NCBI GenBank assembly: GCA_012295275.1
Contig: CM022676.1
Location: 9,362,001-9,426,000, forward strand
Length of the DNA stretch: 64,000 bases
Reading direction: 5' to 3'
Source: Chrysomallon squamiferum
Taxonomy: Eukaryota > Animalia > Mollusca
The position numbers and the translations under genes are program-made. Positions 14,339 through 26,970 of the stretch are shown here, one piece after another (position 1 is the first letter of the stretch; every line of letters begins with the position of its first letter). Below the pieces are notes generated by a model that saw nothing but the letters and a program-made list of their open reading frames with translations, had not been told where the DNA came from and searched no databases.

Positions 14339-14901
14339 ATATACAACTCCCTATTTCCCTCACACTAACCTCCCTATCACACCCACCACCTTAGACTTTT
14401 TTCCTGGAACTGCCCTAAATATATAAGTTGTTAATTAAGAAACAGACAAAAGCAATAATTATCTGATTTAATTAAAAAAAAAAGAGACTGACCATCCAAC
14501 TGACCAACAGATCTGCAAACAATCAAAAATGTAAAGAAGTATGACAGACAGACAGACAGACAGATATACAATTAAAATTAATAAAGACATAAAAAAAAAT
14601 TAAATTTTATTGCACATGGATACTTAAGTTTGTGATAAGCTGCTTACTTTTATTACTATTAAATGGCATATTCAGACAGACAGACATTCAGACAGACAGA
14701 TTTTCAAATTACCCAGTGACAATGGTTAATTAGTTTTATTACTTTAATTATGTACACAGACCCAGTTCTGTTGTTAATGGTTATCAACTGGGTTTTAATT
14801 TTAATACATATTAACATATATTATATATATATATATACATACATACACACACACACACATACATACATACATACATACATACATACATACATACACATAT
14901 A

Positions 14902-14987
<86 letters not shown>

Positions 14988-15416
14988 CTTCTCTCTCGCT
15001 CTCTCTATTTCTCTCTCTTTCTCTCCTTCCCTCTCTCTCTTTCTCTCTCTCCTTCCCTCTCTCTTCATATAAATATATATATATATATATATTTATTTAT
15101 TTGAAGGGACACTATACATATCACTTAGGCTATTTAGTTTTTGCTAAATTATTATCATTTGTTTTTTTCTTAATGAAGGTCTTTCAGAGACAAGTATACA
15201 AACAGTTTTTTGGGGGTAATGAGAGTTCTAAATGACACAAACACACTCAGGCATATACAAAGAAAGGAGGAGGCAGAGAGAGAGAAAGACACAGAGAGAT
15301 ACAGAAAGATAGACAGAAAGAGAGAAGACATGGAGAAAGACAGAAAGGAAGAGAGCAAGTGAGAGAAAGAACAAAAGAAAAAAACAGAGAGGACAGAGAG
15401 AGAGAGACAGAAACAG

Positions 15417-15490
<74 letters not shown>
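13990..15490. repeat. Cluster of (CT)n, (CA)n, (TACA)n and (AG)n microsatellites
   Basis: Directly visible at about 13990-14340, 14826-15090 and 15270-15490. Confidence 0.9.
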
Positions 15491-15492
<2 letters not shown>

Positions 15493-16373
15493 TATGTAAG
15501 TGAAACAAACAGAGAAAGTGAGAAAGCTAATTAGCGACAGAAAAGACATTCAAAGAATTTTCTGTAATAAGCTCATCATAATGGCTTCTTTGTTTTGGCC
15601 AGGCAAACACTCAAACTTCGGTTTGACACATCCCTGATACTTACTCAGTTTTCTTAGTGAAGGAGTTTCCAGTCACTGAGCAGACATAAAGTCAGATAGT
15701 GAGAGAGTAAGATAGAACACGAGATAGACAGACAGACAGACAGACAGATAGAGAGAAGCAGAGATTAACAGAGATAATGCCAGACAAAGAAAAACAGACA
15801 TTGATATATAAAAATAAAAAAAAATAAAAACATATAAGGAAATTATTGTTAATAATCTTTGCTATATTTCACACACACAGACAGACAGATTTGTGTCTGA
15901 CACATCTCTAATGGCTACTCAGTTTTATTACCAATGTGGGTTCTATATTAGTGTCGAGAAACAAATACCTCATAGTTAATTAATTTCTCCTTCCTAACGA
16001 GATCGGTCAGGTAAACTTAATTAACAGTACAGGTATAAACAGTACTGCAGTGTCTCTCGCAGAACAATTAGATGTGTCAGTTGCCACTGGCAACCAGGCT
16101 TCATAATACACTGTTACAGGGGTTGACTATTTATTATACTGCATCGCATGTGTGTACATGAGTGTGTGTGTGAGTGTGTGTGTGTGTTTATGTATGTGTG
16201 TGTGTATTTGTGTGTGTGTTTATATGTGTGTAATTTATGTGTGTGTCTGTATTTATTACTGTACAGTATACATAGTACATGAATACCTGTGATATATATG
16301 CTGCATTATATCTGGATCTGTATGAAATACACAGCTTATTGTATGTGCAAATTACACATCAGAATGAAAAAAC

Positions 16374-16458
16374 ATAATACTGCATATATATGTGTGTATG
16401 AATAATACTGCATAATCTATAGCAGTATGAATAATACTGCATGATCTATAGCAGTATG
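16374..16458. repeat. 28-29-bp tandem repeat x3
   Basis: Unit ATAATACTGCATRATCTATAGCAGTATGA at 16402 and 16431, with a degenerate copy at 16374. Confidence 0.75.
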
Positions 16459-16519
16459 TCAGGTTTTTTGTAATTACATTGCCTAGAGTATCAATGCACT
16501 ATTGCAGAATAAGAACAGC

Positions 16520-17218
16520 TACTACTACCACTACTGCTGCAACTACTACACTACTACTACCACTACACCATTACTGCTGTTACTGCAACTTCTACAATAC
16601 TACTACTACTATCAATTCTATTACCACTATTACTACAACTACCATTATTGTTATGACTATTTATATTACTACTACTACTACTACCACTACTACTAGTATT
16701 ACTACTACTACTACTACTACTACTATTACTACTACTACTGCTTTTACTACTACTTCTACTACTGCTGCTGTTACTATTATTACCACCATTACTAATATTA
16801 CAATTAATATTTAAAAATAATAATAATAATAATAGCATTCTGACACATTCAGGTTTATCTGTTTTTAAAACTTAAAAATATTATAAATCTGGTATAAGAA
16901 AGTTTAAATTTTAAATTCAAATCTGTAAAACTAATCTTTTGCTTTCTGTGACATGGTAAAACGTCAACTTTTTAAAAATACAGTAACTGAATTCATTTTA
17001 TCTAGAAAATAAATATTTTGACTCGAGATAAAACAGTATTTAGGAGTTTGTTATCATTTTAATTCCGTGTTGCTGTTTTATTTTTAAAAATGTCCTTCAT
17101 GGTTTGCTATCAGTAAACTGAAGTCTTAAACAGTAAAACAAAAATTGTAAATTGTAAATTAAAAAAATAGATGAATATGATTTGTGTGGAACACATGAAG
17201 AAATATTTTGGATAATTT

Positions 17219-17272
<54 letters not shown>

Positions 17273-17520
17273 GTAGTAATAATAATAATAATAATAATCA
17301 TAATCATAAATTACTAATAATAATAACAGTAATAATAATAATAATAACAATAACAATAATAATAAATAATATTAAATAATAATAGTATTAATAAAAAAAA
17401 TAACAGTAATAATAATAAAAATAGTAACAATAATAACAAGAATAATAATAATAATAATAGCAACAGTAACAACAGCAATATTTTAATGATGATGCTAGTG
17501 ATGATGATGATGATGATAAA
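16520..17520. repeat. (ACT)n and (AAT)n/(GAT)n trinucleotide tracts
   Basis: Directly visible at about 16520-16800 and 17220-17520. Confidence 0.9.
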
Positions 17521-18315
17521 TTTGACAATAACAGGATTGTATGGATGATGAAATTCAAATGAAAAGATTTATTTGTAGTTATGAGAAATTGTTTGGACAT
17601 TTATTTGAAACTAAACTTTTGACACCTATCAGTTTTCTGAAGGTGTCAGTTAGTTCACACCTATACATAGGTGCAGTTTAAAAAAAATATATATATATTT
17701 TTAAAGTATCCTCTTTAAGCTCATTATTAAAATAACGAATATTTAAAAAAAAAATGTTTTATACAAAACACCAGCTAAACACATTATATGTAAGCAGATT
17801 ATTTCTTTTATAAAAAAACACACAAAAAAACAACAACACATTAATAATAATAATACAAAATAAAATTTAAAAAAAACCCAATTAATTCTAAGTATTAATA
17901 AAAAATTAATTAAAATACATATGAATCATTATTTAAAATATACTGCCATAGCAATCATATTTTCAGATGATGTCAGAATATGTATGAATGACTTTGACAT
18001 CATTTAAAATGTGTTGCTATAGGAACCAAATTATTTTGAAAGAGTTTCATAATTTTGTTTCACTTATCAGTTACATATTTTCAAAAATCACCGTTTATAA
18101 ATTTATAATAATAATAAATTTAATTAATTAATTTTTAATGAGAATGTACCCTTAAGGGGAATTGATTTCAAGGTCACAGTTTCAGAATTTTGTCTTACAT
18201 TTAAATTTAAATAAATTAATGTGCAAAAGTTTAAATATCATAAAAATTAAAAGTTAAATTTTAATTACTCATCTTAATACTTTTGGAACCAATACCAATG
18301 TATATCTGTGTGTGA

Positions 18316-18406
<91 letters not shown>

Positions 18407-18714
18407 AGAGGAAATTCCATTTTGTTGGAAATTTATTTGACTAATATTTAAATAAAAATATTTATCAAAAGAGAGATATCTAAATTACATCAATTTTAAC
18501 TAGATATTAGAGATAGACATTAATTTTGTTGAATTTTTGTTTGTTTGCTTATTTATTTATATTCACATTTTGTTAGTTTTATTTGTTTTTTGGTTGGTTC
18601 TTTTTTGCTGTTTTTTTGTTGTTGTTTTTTCTGAATTAATTCCTGAAGGTTCTTCTTTGTTTATAAAATTTCAAAAAGAGTTTTATTAACTGTTTATTAT
18701 ATCTACACTATTAA

Positions 18715-19475
18715 CACCTGTCTTTTTCACCTGAGAAATGTACCTTTGCACAGTCAGGTACTTAAATAAAAATAAGTAGTTTTCTTATTACCTGAAGCCA
18801 GTACTAGAATCATTAACACATTTATTTCACCTGCATGAGTTAGATCATGAATTGACATCATCTTTGAAAATACCTGTATATTTGGTCCAGGTAATAAACA
18901 AAAGAAAATAATATTTTCTCACCTTTAGCTAATACAGGTAAAAAGAATAATAATAATAATAATTAAAAAGATCAAAAATGTATTTATCTTGTATATATAA
19001 AGTTAGCATTGACATTATCTGAAAAATGACCTTTATCTTTATTACAGGTAAGTTATGTGATAATTTTTCACCTGTAATTAATACAGGTAAATTTATAATG
19101 ATACTGAAATATATATATAAAAATGTATGTATGTATGTATGTATGTATGTATATTAATAATCCAACAGTAATCATAAAGATGCTTTAATTTATTTATTTA
19201 TATTTATTTGTTTTTATTTTTTTATTTTTTTATTTTTTTATCCATATTTCTTTATTTCTTTCATTCTTTATTTATTTATTTGCTTATTTGTTTACTACCC
19301 AAGTCAGATTGATGATAACCTTCATTTATCATTTTAATGATAAATCTGCCATGGTAAGTCATCATTATTTTTGTTTAATAGATAAAGTTAGAACAAAGGT
19401 ACATGACCATTTTGTTTGTGTGTTTATTTATTTATTTAATTAATTTATTATTATTACTTTTCTTAAAATCAGTAT

Positions 19476-19538
<63 letters not shown>

Positions 19539-20497
19539 TTATTATTCTTACTTTTTTAAACTCAGTATTTATTTATTTATAAAAACCAGTATTTTATCAC
19601 TTGAAAACATATCAGTATAATTTTTAAAAGTTTATATGTTATTCAAATATAGGATACCTGTTTATTCAAATACAGGTATATAAATATTTATTTTTAGTAT
19701 TTATTACATATGTGTGTGTGTATATATATATATATTAATCATTACATCAAATAATAATGGAAAAGAAAGAGCGAAATGAAAAAAGAACAAGGAATGAAAG
19801 AAATAATAATTTTGTTTTTGCACACCCAGTTAATTAATCAAAATATTTTTTTTTTAAAACAACTTACCTGTAATAAGCAAAGATGTCAATATCATCAATA
19901 TACAGGTATTCCAAGACATATCCATACTGTCTTCATAATATTTGTGTTCCCATCCAGGTAAAAATCCAAAGTATGCTTTTCCTCAGGTATATATATATAT
20001 ATATATATCCGAATTAAATTCCTTAAAAAACAAATATCACACACAAAATAAAATTTAAAAATTCCAAACCAAAATGATGAATGAAGTTTAAATTTTTTTT
20101 TTTTTTTTCACGTTATCATTGATAATATTATGCTCTCACATTTTCCTAATATCCATCAAGATCTACATCTGCAATGCAAGAGAAAACATCTTCATCCGCT
20201 TTGGGTAGATTTCAGAAGATAATCTCTTCTCAGGTGAGTTAATCCATTGTAGACAAGAAAGACAAGAAAAGCTCCAGTAACAGCAACAGCAAACAGAAAT
20301 AACATTCATCCAGGTATAAAAATATAAAAATAATTTTTCTTCACCGTATTCATTTCTTCTGCATCCTGAAGAAGATGAAAAAAAAAAAATAAAAATAAAA
20401 AAAAAAATAAAAATAAAAATAATAATCAATTATTATTATTATTATTATTATTATTTTTTCTTTCCAGCCCTATCTATATTTCTCACACATACAGGTG
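18715..20497. promoter_or_regulatory. Dense cluster of CAGGTA/CAGGTG motifs (ZEB/Snail-type)
   Basis: Hand count: 11 hexamers in 18715-19089 and 9 more up to 20497, on both strands. Confidence 0.55.
19868..19925 (-). CDS. Probable first coding exon of a secreted or membrane protein (signal-peptide exon, phase-1 intron follows); product unidentified
   Basis: Minus strand reads ATG GAT ATG TCT TGG AAT ACC TGT ATA TTG ATG ATA TTG ACA TCT TTG CTT ATT ACA G|GTAAGT = MDMSWNTCILMILTSLLIT + G. Hydrophobic core CILMILTSLLI; in-frame TGA 20 codons upstream; consensus donor. Too short for the ORF track, and no downstream exon was confidently found. Confidence 0.5.
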
Positions 20498-20790
20498 TGG
20501 TTTATATTTTACGTTTAAATCCAGCATTTTTGGTTGTTAAAGCAAGTTAGCGAGAGAGAGGCTAAAAAGTGACATCTCTCTGTGTGTGTGTCACATAGTT
20601 AAAGTGGCTGCACTGAACTAAGCTACAACCAGGGATTCGACACAAAACACTGTTCACCTTATCTCAACACAATATGGGCCAGACCAAACCACTGAGCTGG
20701 GAACTGCTGGGACAACCCCCAGAACGAACCATTATTCGTAGGGGTGGCAGGTTGTTGTTGAATACATAGGGGGTGGGCAAGCCTTAGAAA
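20490..20790 (-). promoter_or_regulatory. Candidate promoter region of the minus-strand gene
   Basis: GC-richer island 0.6-0.9 kb upstream of the putative ATG, with KLF/Sp-type GGGGTGGC and GGGGGTGGGC boxes (about 20740-20778) and an initiator-like TCAGT on the minus strand (20612-20616). Confidence 0.3.
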
Positions 20791-20939
20791 TGTTTTTTCC
20801 TGGAGATTTTTAATAAAGAGTTTTTAGTATGGGTTTGGTTTTTTTGAACTGAAGGAGAAAATATGTCTGAAGATGATTTATTGAAAAAATCTTTTGTTTG
20901 TTTGTTTGTCATTTCATCTGAGGTTTGTTATTTTATTTT

Positions 20940-20943
20940 GTAT

Positions 20944-20982
<39 letters not shown>

Positions 20983-21009
20983 TTTTGTATTTATTTATTT
21001 ATTTTGTAT

Positions 21010-21052
<43 letters not shown>

Positions 21053-21175
21053 CTTATTTATTTTGCATTTATTTATATATTTTGTATTTATTTATTTATT
21101 TATTTATTTTGCATTTATTTATTTATTTATGTTATTATTTTTATTTTTTATATGGATCATTTAAGGTATAGAATC

Positions 21176-21246
<71 letters not shown>

Positions 21247-21255
21247 GATGATGAT
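20940..21255. repeat. (TTTA)n followed by (AAT)n/(GAT)n
   Basis: Directly visible. Confidence 0.9.
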
Positions 21256-23335
21256 GAAAGCCTTACAGAAAGATATTTTTTAAACAATATTACTTTTCAA
21301 ATTGCTCAAATTTATAATTCTTCGCCCCCCCATTTTTTGTTCTTTCTTTGTAGAGTTATTTATTTATTTAAATATTGGACTATATAGTTTTGGCAATGTT
21401 TGTTTATTTATTGTTGTTTATAAACATATATATATATATATATATATATTTTATATGGAAATCACTGGTTTTATATTTTTATTTATTTATTTATTTAATT
21501 ATATTTTAAATTGTCTGCACACTTTATAATAAACATGAACACTTGACAATTTTTGTTTTTTAGAATATTCTTTGTGAAAACAGAGGGGAAAAAAATGTTG
21601 TTTTGGAAACAATTAAAAAAATAAAATAAAAAAATAAAACAAAGCAAAGAAAAACAAGAAAAAAAAGAAAAGAAAACATTTAAAAAACCCAAAATCAAAT
21701 TAAAACAAGAACTGAAGATTAACAAAGAAGATCAAAAAAGAAAAGAAAACAAATATTTTTTTTACTTTGTTTTTAAGAAAAAAAAAATTTAAAAAGAGTA
21801 ACACCTTATATGCAAACACACACACAGACACACACACAAACAGACACAAACATACACACAACACATATACACACACAATACACATATACACCTAAACACA
21901 GATATATGTTTATATATCTGTGTGTATGTGTGTGTGTTTATGTATTTTATTAAATAACATGAAAATAAAAAACATTAAAAAAAAAAAATTAACATTAGTA
22001 AAACATTTTAAACAAAAACACACAAACATACTAATAACCAAACAACCACAAAACCTAAGTAAACAGAACAAAAAAAAAACAACAAAAAAATCCATTTATC
22101 TGAACAGAAGCAATACCAAAACAAATGCCACAGATGTAACAACCTGTCACCCCTTTCAGACAAAATGAGCACGGCCCAATAATATTTATACAGAGCCAGA
22201 CAGTGGCATACAGAATGATAGAGCAAGAATGAAAAATATTTTATCCAGATAAACCAAAAAATAAATAAATAGATTATCCTTTCTTGGCCAGCAGTTTTCC
22301 TCAAAAGACAGGGATTATGCCCATTACAGGCATGCTTGAGCAATTATTAGAATTATCTTAACAGAAAGATTCGAAAAATTTTACTTAGGTAAAATTTGTT
22401 ACTGGAATGATAATATTATTATTGTTGTTTTTGTTGTTGTTGTTGTTCTTCTTCTTCTTGATGATGTTGTTGTTATTGTTTGTTGTTGTTGATGTTGTTG
22501 TTGTTTGTTGCTGCTGTTATTGTTGTAATTATTTTTTTTTTTATTACTATTACAATTATTATTATTAAATAAATATATATATATGTGTATGTGTGTGTGT
22601 GTGTGTGTATGGTTATATATATATGTATGTATGTATACACACACACATACACACACACAAATATATACACATACATACACACACATTCACACACACACAT
22701 ATACATAACAACACATATACAAAAATATATAAGTTATACAGCAATATTGTGATAAACACTCAGAACAGATATACAGATAGACACATATTATAGATAGATA
22801 GATAGACTGATAGATAGACAGACAGACAGATAGATAGACAGAGATAGATAGATAGACAGATACACACAGAAGAAAAAGAGACAAAGATGCAAACACACAC
22901 ACACACAGACACACAAACACATATACATATACTGACATAAACACACACATACACACACATACACACACATACAGATATAGTCATAAACTCATAGATGTAT
23001 ATATATAAACATTAACACACCCCCACACAAACCAGACACACCCACACCCACACCCACACACAGAGACACATTATCCACTCAGTTAATATCAATTAATATC
23101 AGTTTCCCGTTACCAGACCAATCACATTTTATAGATCTACAATTTACCTGTTCAATTACTCACATACTCATTTACCATTATTAGTTTGTACCTGCCTGTT
23201 CATTAAATCTGTAATTATCTTCTTCATTATTTATACCTCCTTACCTCAACTACGCAGATTAATGCAGAAACCGTTCACAAAATAAATACAATTTTTGGAT
23301 GAACAACAAAAGAATCACACAACTGATTATAATTC

Positions 23336-23473
23336 GTTTCCATAGCAACCAAGACAAAAAAAAAAAAAAAAAAAAAAAAAAGCTCATTACAGGTATCCAT
23401 TTTATTTTTTTTCTTTCTTTTAATCTTTTTTTTTTAATAAACATTGCCATTTATGATTTGTTGCCGTGGCAAC
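23336..23473. promoter_or_regulatory. Pair of RFX X-box motifs
   Basis: GTTTCCATAGCAAC (23336-23349) and GTTGCCGTGGCAAC (23460-23473) fit the palindromic X-box consensus GTNRCC-N0-3-RGYAAC closely. Confidence 0.5.
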
Positions 23474-25507
23474 GCCGTAAATTAACGTGAAAGTGACACA
23501 GTGATAATGGCCGACAAAATGAGATTTTTGTGGAAGTTGAAGATTTTTTTTTCGTTTCTCATTAGGAAAAAGGTGAGAAATCAATGCAGGGGTCCAGGTG
23601 CATGTTGGAAGATGATTAAGCGATATTACTGCATGACTCAAAAAAAAAAAAAAACTAGACTTGCATTCATTTGATATTCGGTAATGGAATGAAGTGGTAG
23701 ACTCTGTTATTAGTTTTGTTCCGATGTTGAAAAATTAAGTAATTTTTTTTATATTCCGATGTTTTGAGTTTGCTTGCATTTTTTTCTTCTGTGATCACGT
23801 AATTGAGAAATAATGGTTATGGCAAATCAGTGTGTATGTAGTAAAGACATATTATTTAAAGTCAAACACAGCAAATTAATAATAAATAAATAAATAAATA
23901 AATACTTAAAATAAAATTTATAAAAAACTCAAATACAAATCATTTATATATATGTATGTATGTATTTATCTATGTGTATGTATGTATGTATATAAATATA
24001 TATATATATATATATAAAACAATAATGAATGAAAATCTTTAGGAAAAAAGAAGCAAAAATTAACTAAAATAATAAATAAAAGTTAATAAAAATTTATAAT
24101 TAAATGGCAAATACATAAAACAATTATATATTAAAAAAAAGTAAACAAACAATTATGTCAACTTCATTTTCAAGACTGTTTTATTTCAATTCACTAATAA
24201 CATTCTATGTAGAAGCCAGTATGAGGACATGATCCAAGAACCTATCAGACTTAAGTCCATATATTGACCACAAAGTTTCCACATGAAATTATGATTTTTT
24301 ACTCTATCAGACACATTTCAATAGTTTTTAAATTTCAGTAAAGAAAACTCCATTACTGTAATATAACTTTAAAGATAAACTGAATTTTGGTTTAAGAAAA
24401 AAGACTGCCATATGGTTAAAAAAAAAAGAGGAATATATGTTGATAACTCTCCCCCCATCCCCAACATCCTCTATAATAGGGATCTTCACCCTGGATTTCT
24501 GTTTTCAAGTTTTAAAACAAAGAGTTTGTCTGTCATTACATGGTCTATCACAAAGATAACACGGCCATCAGGTTTTTTCCTTTGTAAATTCCTCCTCAAA
24601 GAGTAGCTCACCATCTGACAACCAAAGTTCTTTCAAGTATGACAGCACTTCAGACAGCACTTCAAAAAGAGTTCTCATGTGGTCACTTCACAGAAGTGAA
24701 CTTGTTAAAGAAAGATCCAGCTGATCATTTTGAAGATATTTCTGAAATGTTTTTCTTTTAAATAAAATTATGTCAATTGTTTTGATGAATTCTTTGAAAA
24801 TCTGATTTTCTTTTTTTTAGATGAGATGACTGTTTTCATAATAAAAGCAAAAATAAAAAATATAGCAGCTAAAAAACTTAATGATAGACAGAAAAAAAAT
24901 GAAAAAAGAAGGAAAAATTAAATGAATTAGGACATTCTCTTTTGAATTAAAAAAAATGGAAGAAAAGTTGTTTTTTTTTAAATTAAAATGAAAGAAAAAG
25001 AAATTAAAAACTTTATAATAAAAAAAAAAAGGGAAAAGGAAAAAATAAGGTAGAAAGAAAAGAAGAAAAAGAAATAAAAAAAAAAGAAAGAAAAACCAGA
25101 ATAAAATAAAAATAAAAAGGGGAAAAAAATAAAAATAATAAAACCCCAAAATTTTTTAAATTTAAAGAAAAGAAAAATATACTTACATTACAAAAGGAAT
25201 GAAGAATGACTGATAGACAAAGAAAAGGAATGAAAAAATAGAAAAGACAGAAAAAGGAAAAAACATCTGTAAAATTTATAAAAGATGAAAATGATCTTTT
25301 TTTTTTTAATGTTAAAATTTAAAACTGTTTGTAAAAATTAAATCAAAACCAGAAAAATAAAGAAAATGAAAAGATAAAAAAATAAAAAAAAAAAAAAAAA
25401 AAAAAAAAAAATGAAAAAAAAAAAAAAAAAAGAAAGAAGAAAGAAAAAAAAATAATAATAAAAATAGATAAAAATGTTATGAGTAAAAAAATAAAAATAA
25501 AAATAAA

Positions 25508-25557
<50 letters not shown>

Positions 25558-25629
25558 CAAAAAAATAAAGAAAAGAAAAAAAAAAAATAATAATAAAGTT
25601 AAAATTAAAAACAACAATTAACAAAACAA

Positions 25630-25661
<32 letters not shown>

Positions 25662-25759
25662 TACTAAAAAGTTAAAACAAAATCAAGATTAAGAAATAAA
25701 AATAAAAAAGAAAAAAAGATGAAGAAAGAGAAAACATAGAGAGAGAGGTATTTAAACAG

Positions 25760-25801
<42 letters not shown>

Positions 25802-25997
25802 GAGTTTTTCTGATGCTGTGGTTGTCGACTCAGTGTATGTATCTGAGCGTGCAGGTGCCCAATAAGCTCAATTACTGAGTGTTTGTTGAGTTAGCACCCT
25901 GCAGTTATGAGTCGGAACATCACCCAGTGTTTACTCAATTAATACATGATGAGCCCAGCAGACTTATTTGTACATTCTTATCACTGGGGTGGGATGT

Positions 25998-26010
25998 GAG
26001 AGAGAGGGGG

Positions 26011-26078
<68 letters not shown>

Positions 26079-26885
26079 AAAAGAGAGAGAATCAAGAGAG
26101 AGAAGAAAGAGAAAGGGAAAAACAGAAAACAGAGACAGAGAGAAAATGAGAGAGAGACAGAGAACAGAGAGAAGAACAAGAGATGGATAGATAGAAATAA
26201 GAGTAGAGAAAATGAAAAAGGACAAAGGCAGAGACTAAATGAGAGAGACAAACTACAAAGGGACAAAGGGACAAAGAGAGAGAGAGATAAAAAAAAAAGG
26301 CAGAGGAAAAACAGGAGATAGAGATAGAAAGAAAGACACAGTGCAAAAGGGAGACTAAAAAAAAGGGACAGACGGAAAAATACAGACAGAAAGAGAGAGA
26401 GAGACAAAGAAAGAGAGAGGGACAAAGAAAGAGGGATAAAAAGAAAGACAGAAAGAAAGAGAGAGAAAGAGACAGAAAGAGAGAGAAAGTCAGAGGGACA
26501 AAGAAAGAGAGACAGAAAGAAAGAAAGAAAGAAAAGAGAAATGACAGAGATAGTGTTTACTAAGTTACACATAATGGTTTGCACAGTCTGCCTGAAATTC
26601 CTTTCACAGCATGCAATCACACACACAGACACCATCTTTTAAAACATTCACATTTTCTCTGCTGCTGCTTTTTTTGCCCCCAGATTCTTCACACTTTACC
26701 ACTTAATTCAGATTAGCCGCATAAATAAATAAAAATATCTGTGATATTCAGTGCGAAGCAGAAATAAATCAAATGAATGTGGGGATTAATTACTGTTTTT
26801 GATTCTGAAAGCTGATATCTGTATTCATTCAGGCTGCATGTATGTTTTATTATTTTTAATTTTAATATGAAATTTATATCATTTA

Positions 26886-26967
<82 letters not shown>
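25998..26967. repeat. (AG)n-rich tract and a pure (CT)n run
   Basis: About 26000-26550 is purine-rich; 26888-26967 is (CT)n. Confidence 0.9.

Positions 26968-26970
<3 letters not shown>

Noticed and set aside
14528-14543. 16-nt identity to mature miR-1 (AATGTAAAGAAGTATG)
   Set aside because: It lacks the 5' TGG that forms the seed and has no complementary arm nearby.
20161-20233. Possible plus-strand exon (STSAMQEKTSSSALGRFQKIISSQ|GTGAGT)
   Set aside because: The acceptor is weak (AAG), no partner exons were found, and the donor is one of many CAGGTR motifs here. It cannot be excluded without RNA data.
20596-20643. tRNA-like A/B box spacing
   Set aside because: The B-box is mismatched (GGATTCGACAC) and there are no acceptor or anticodon stems.
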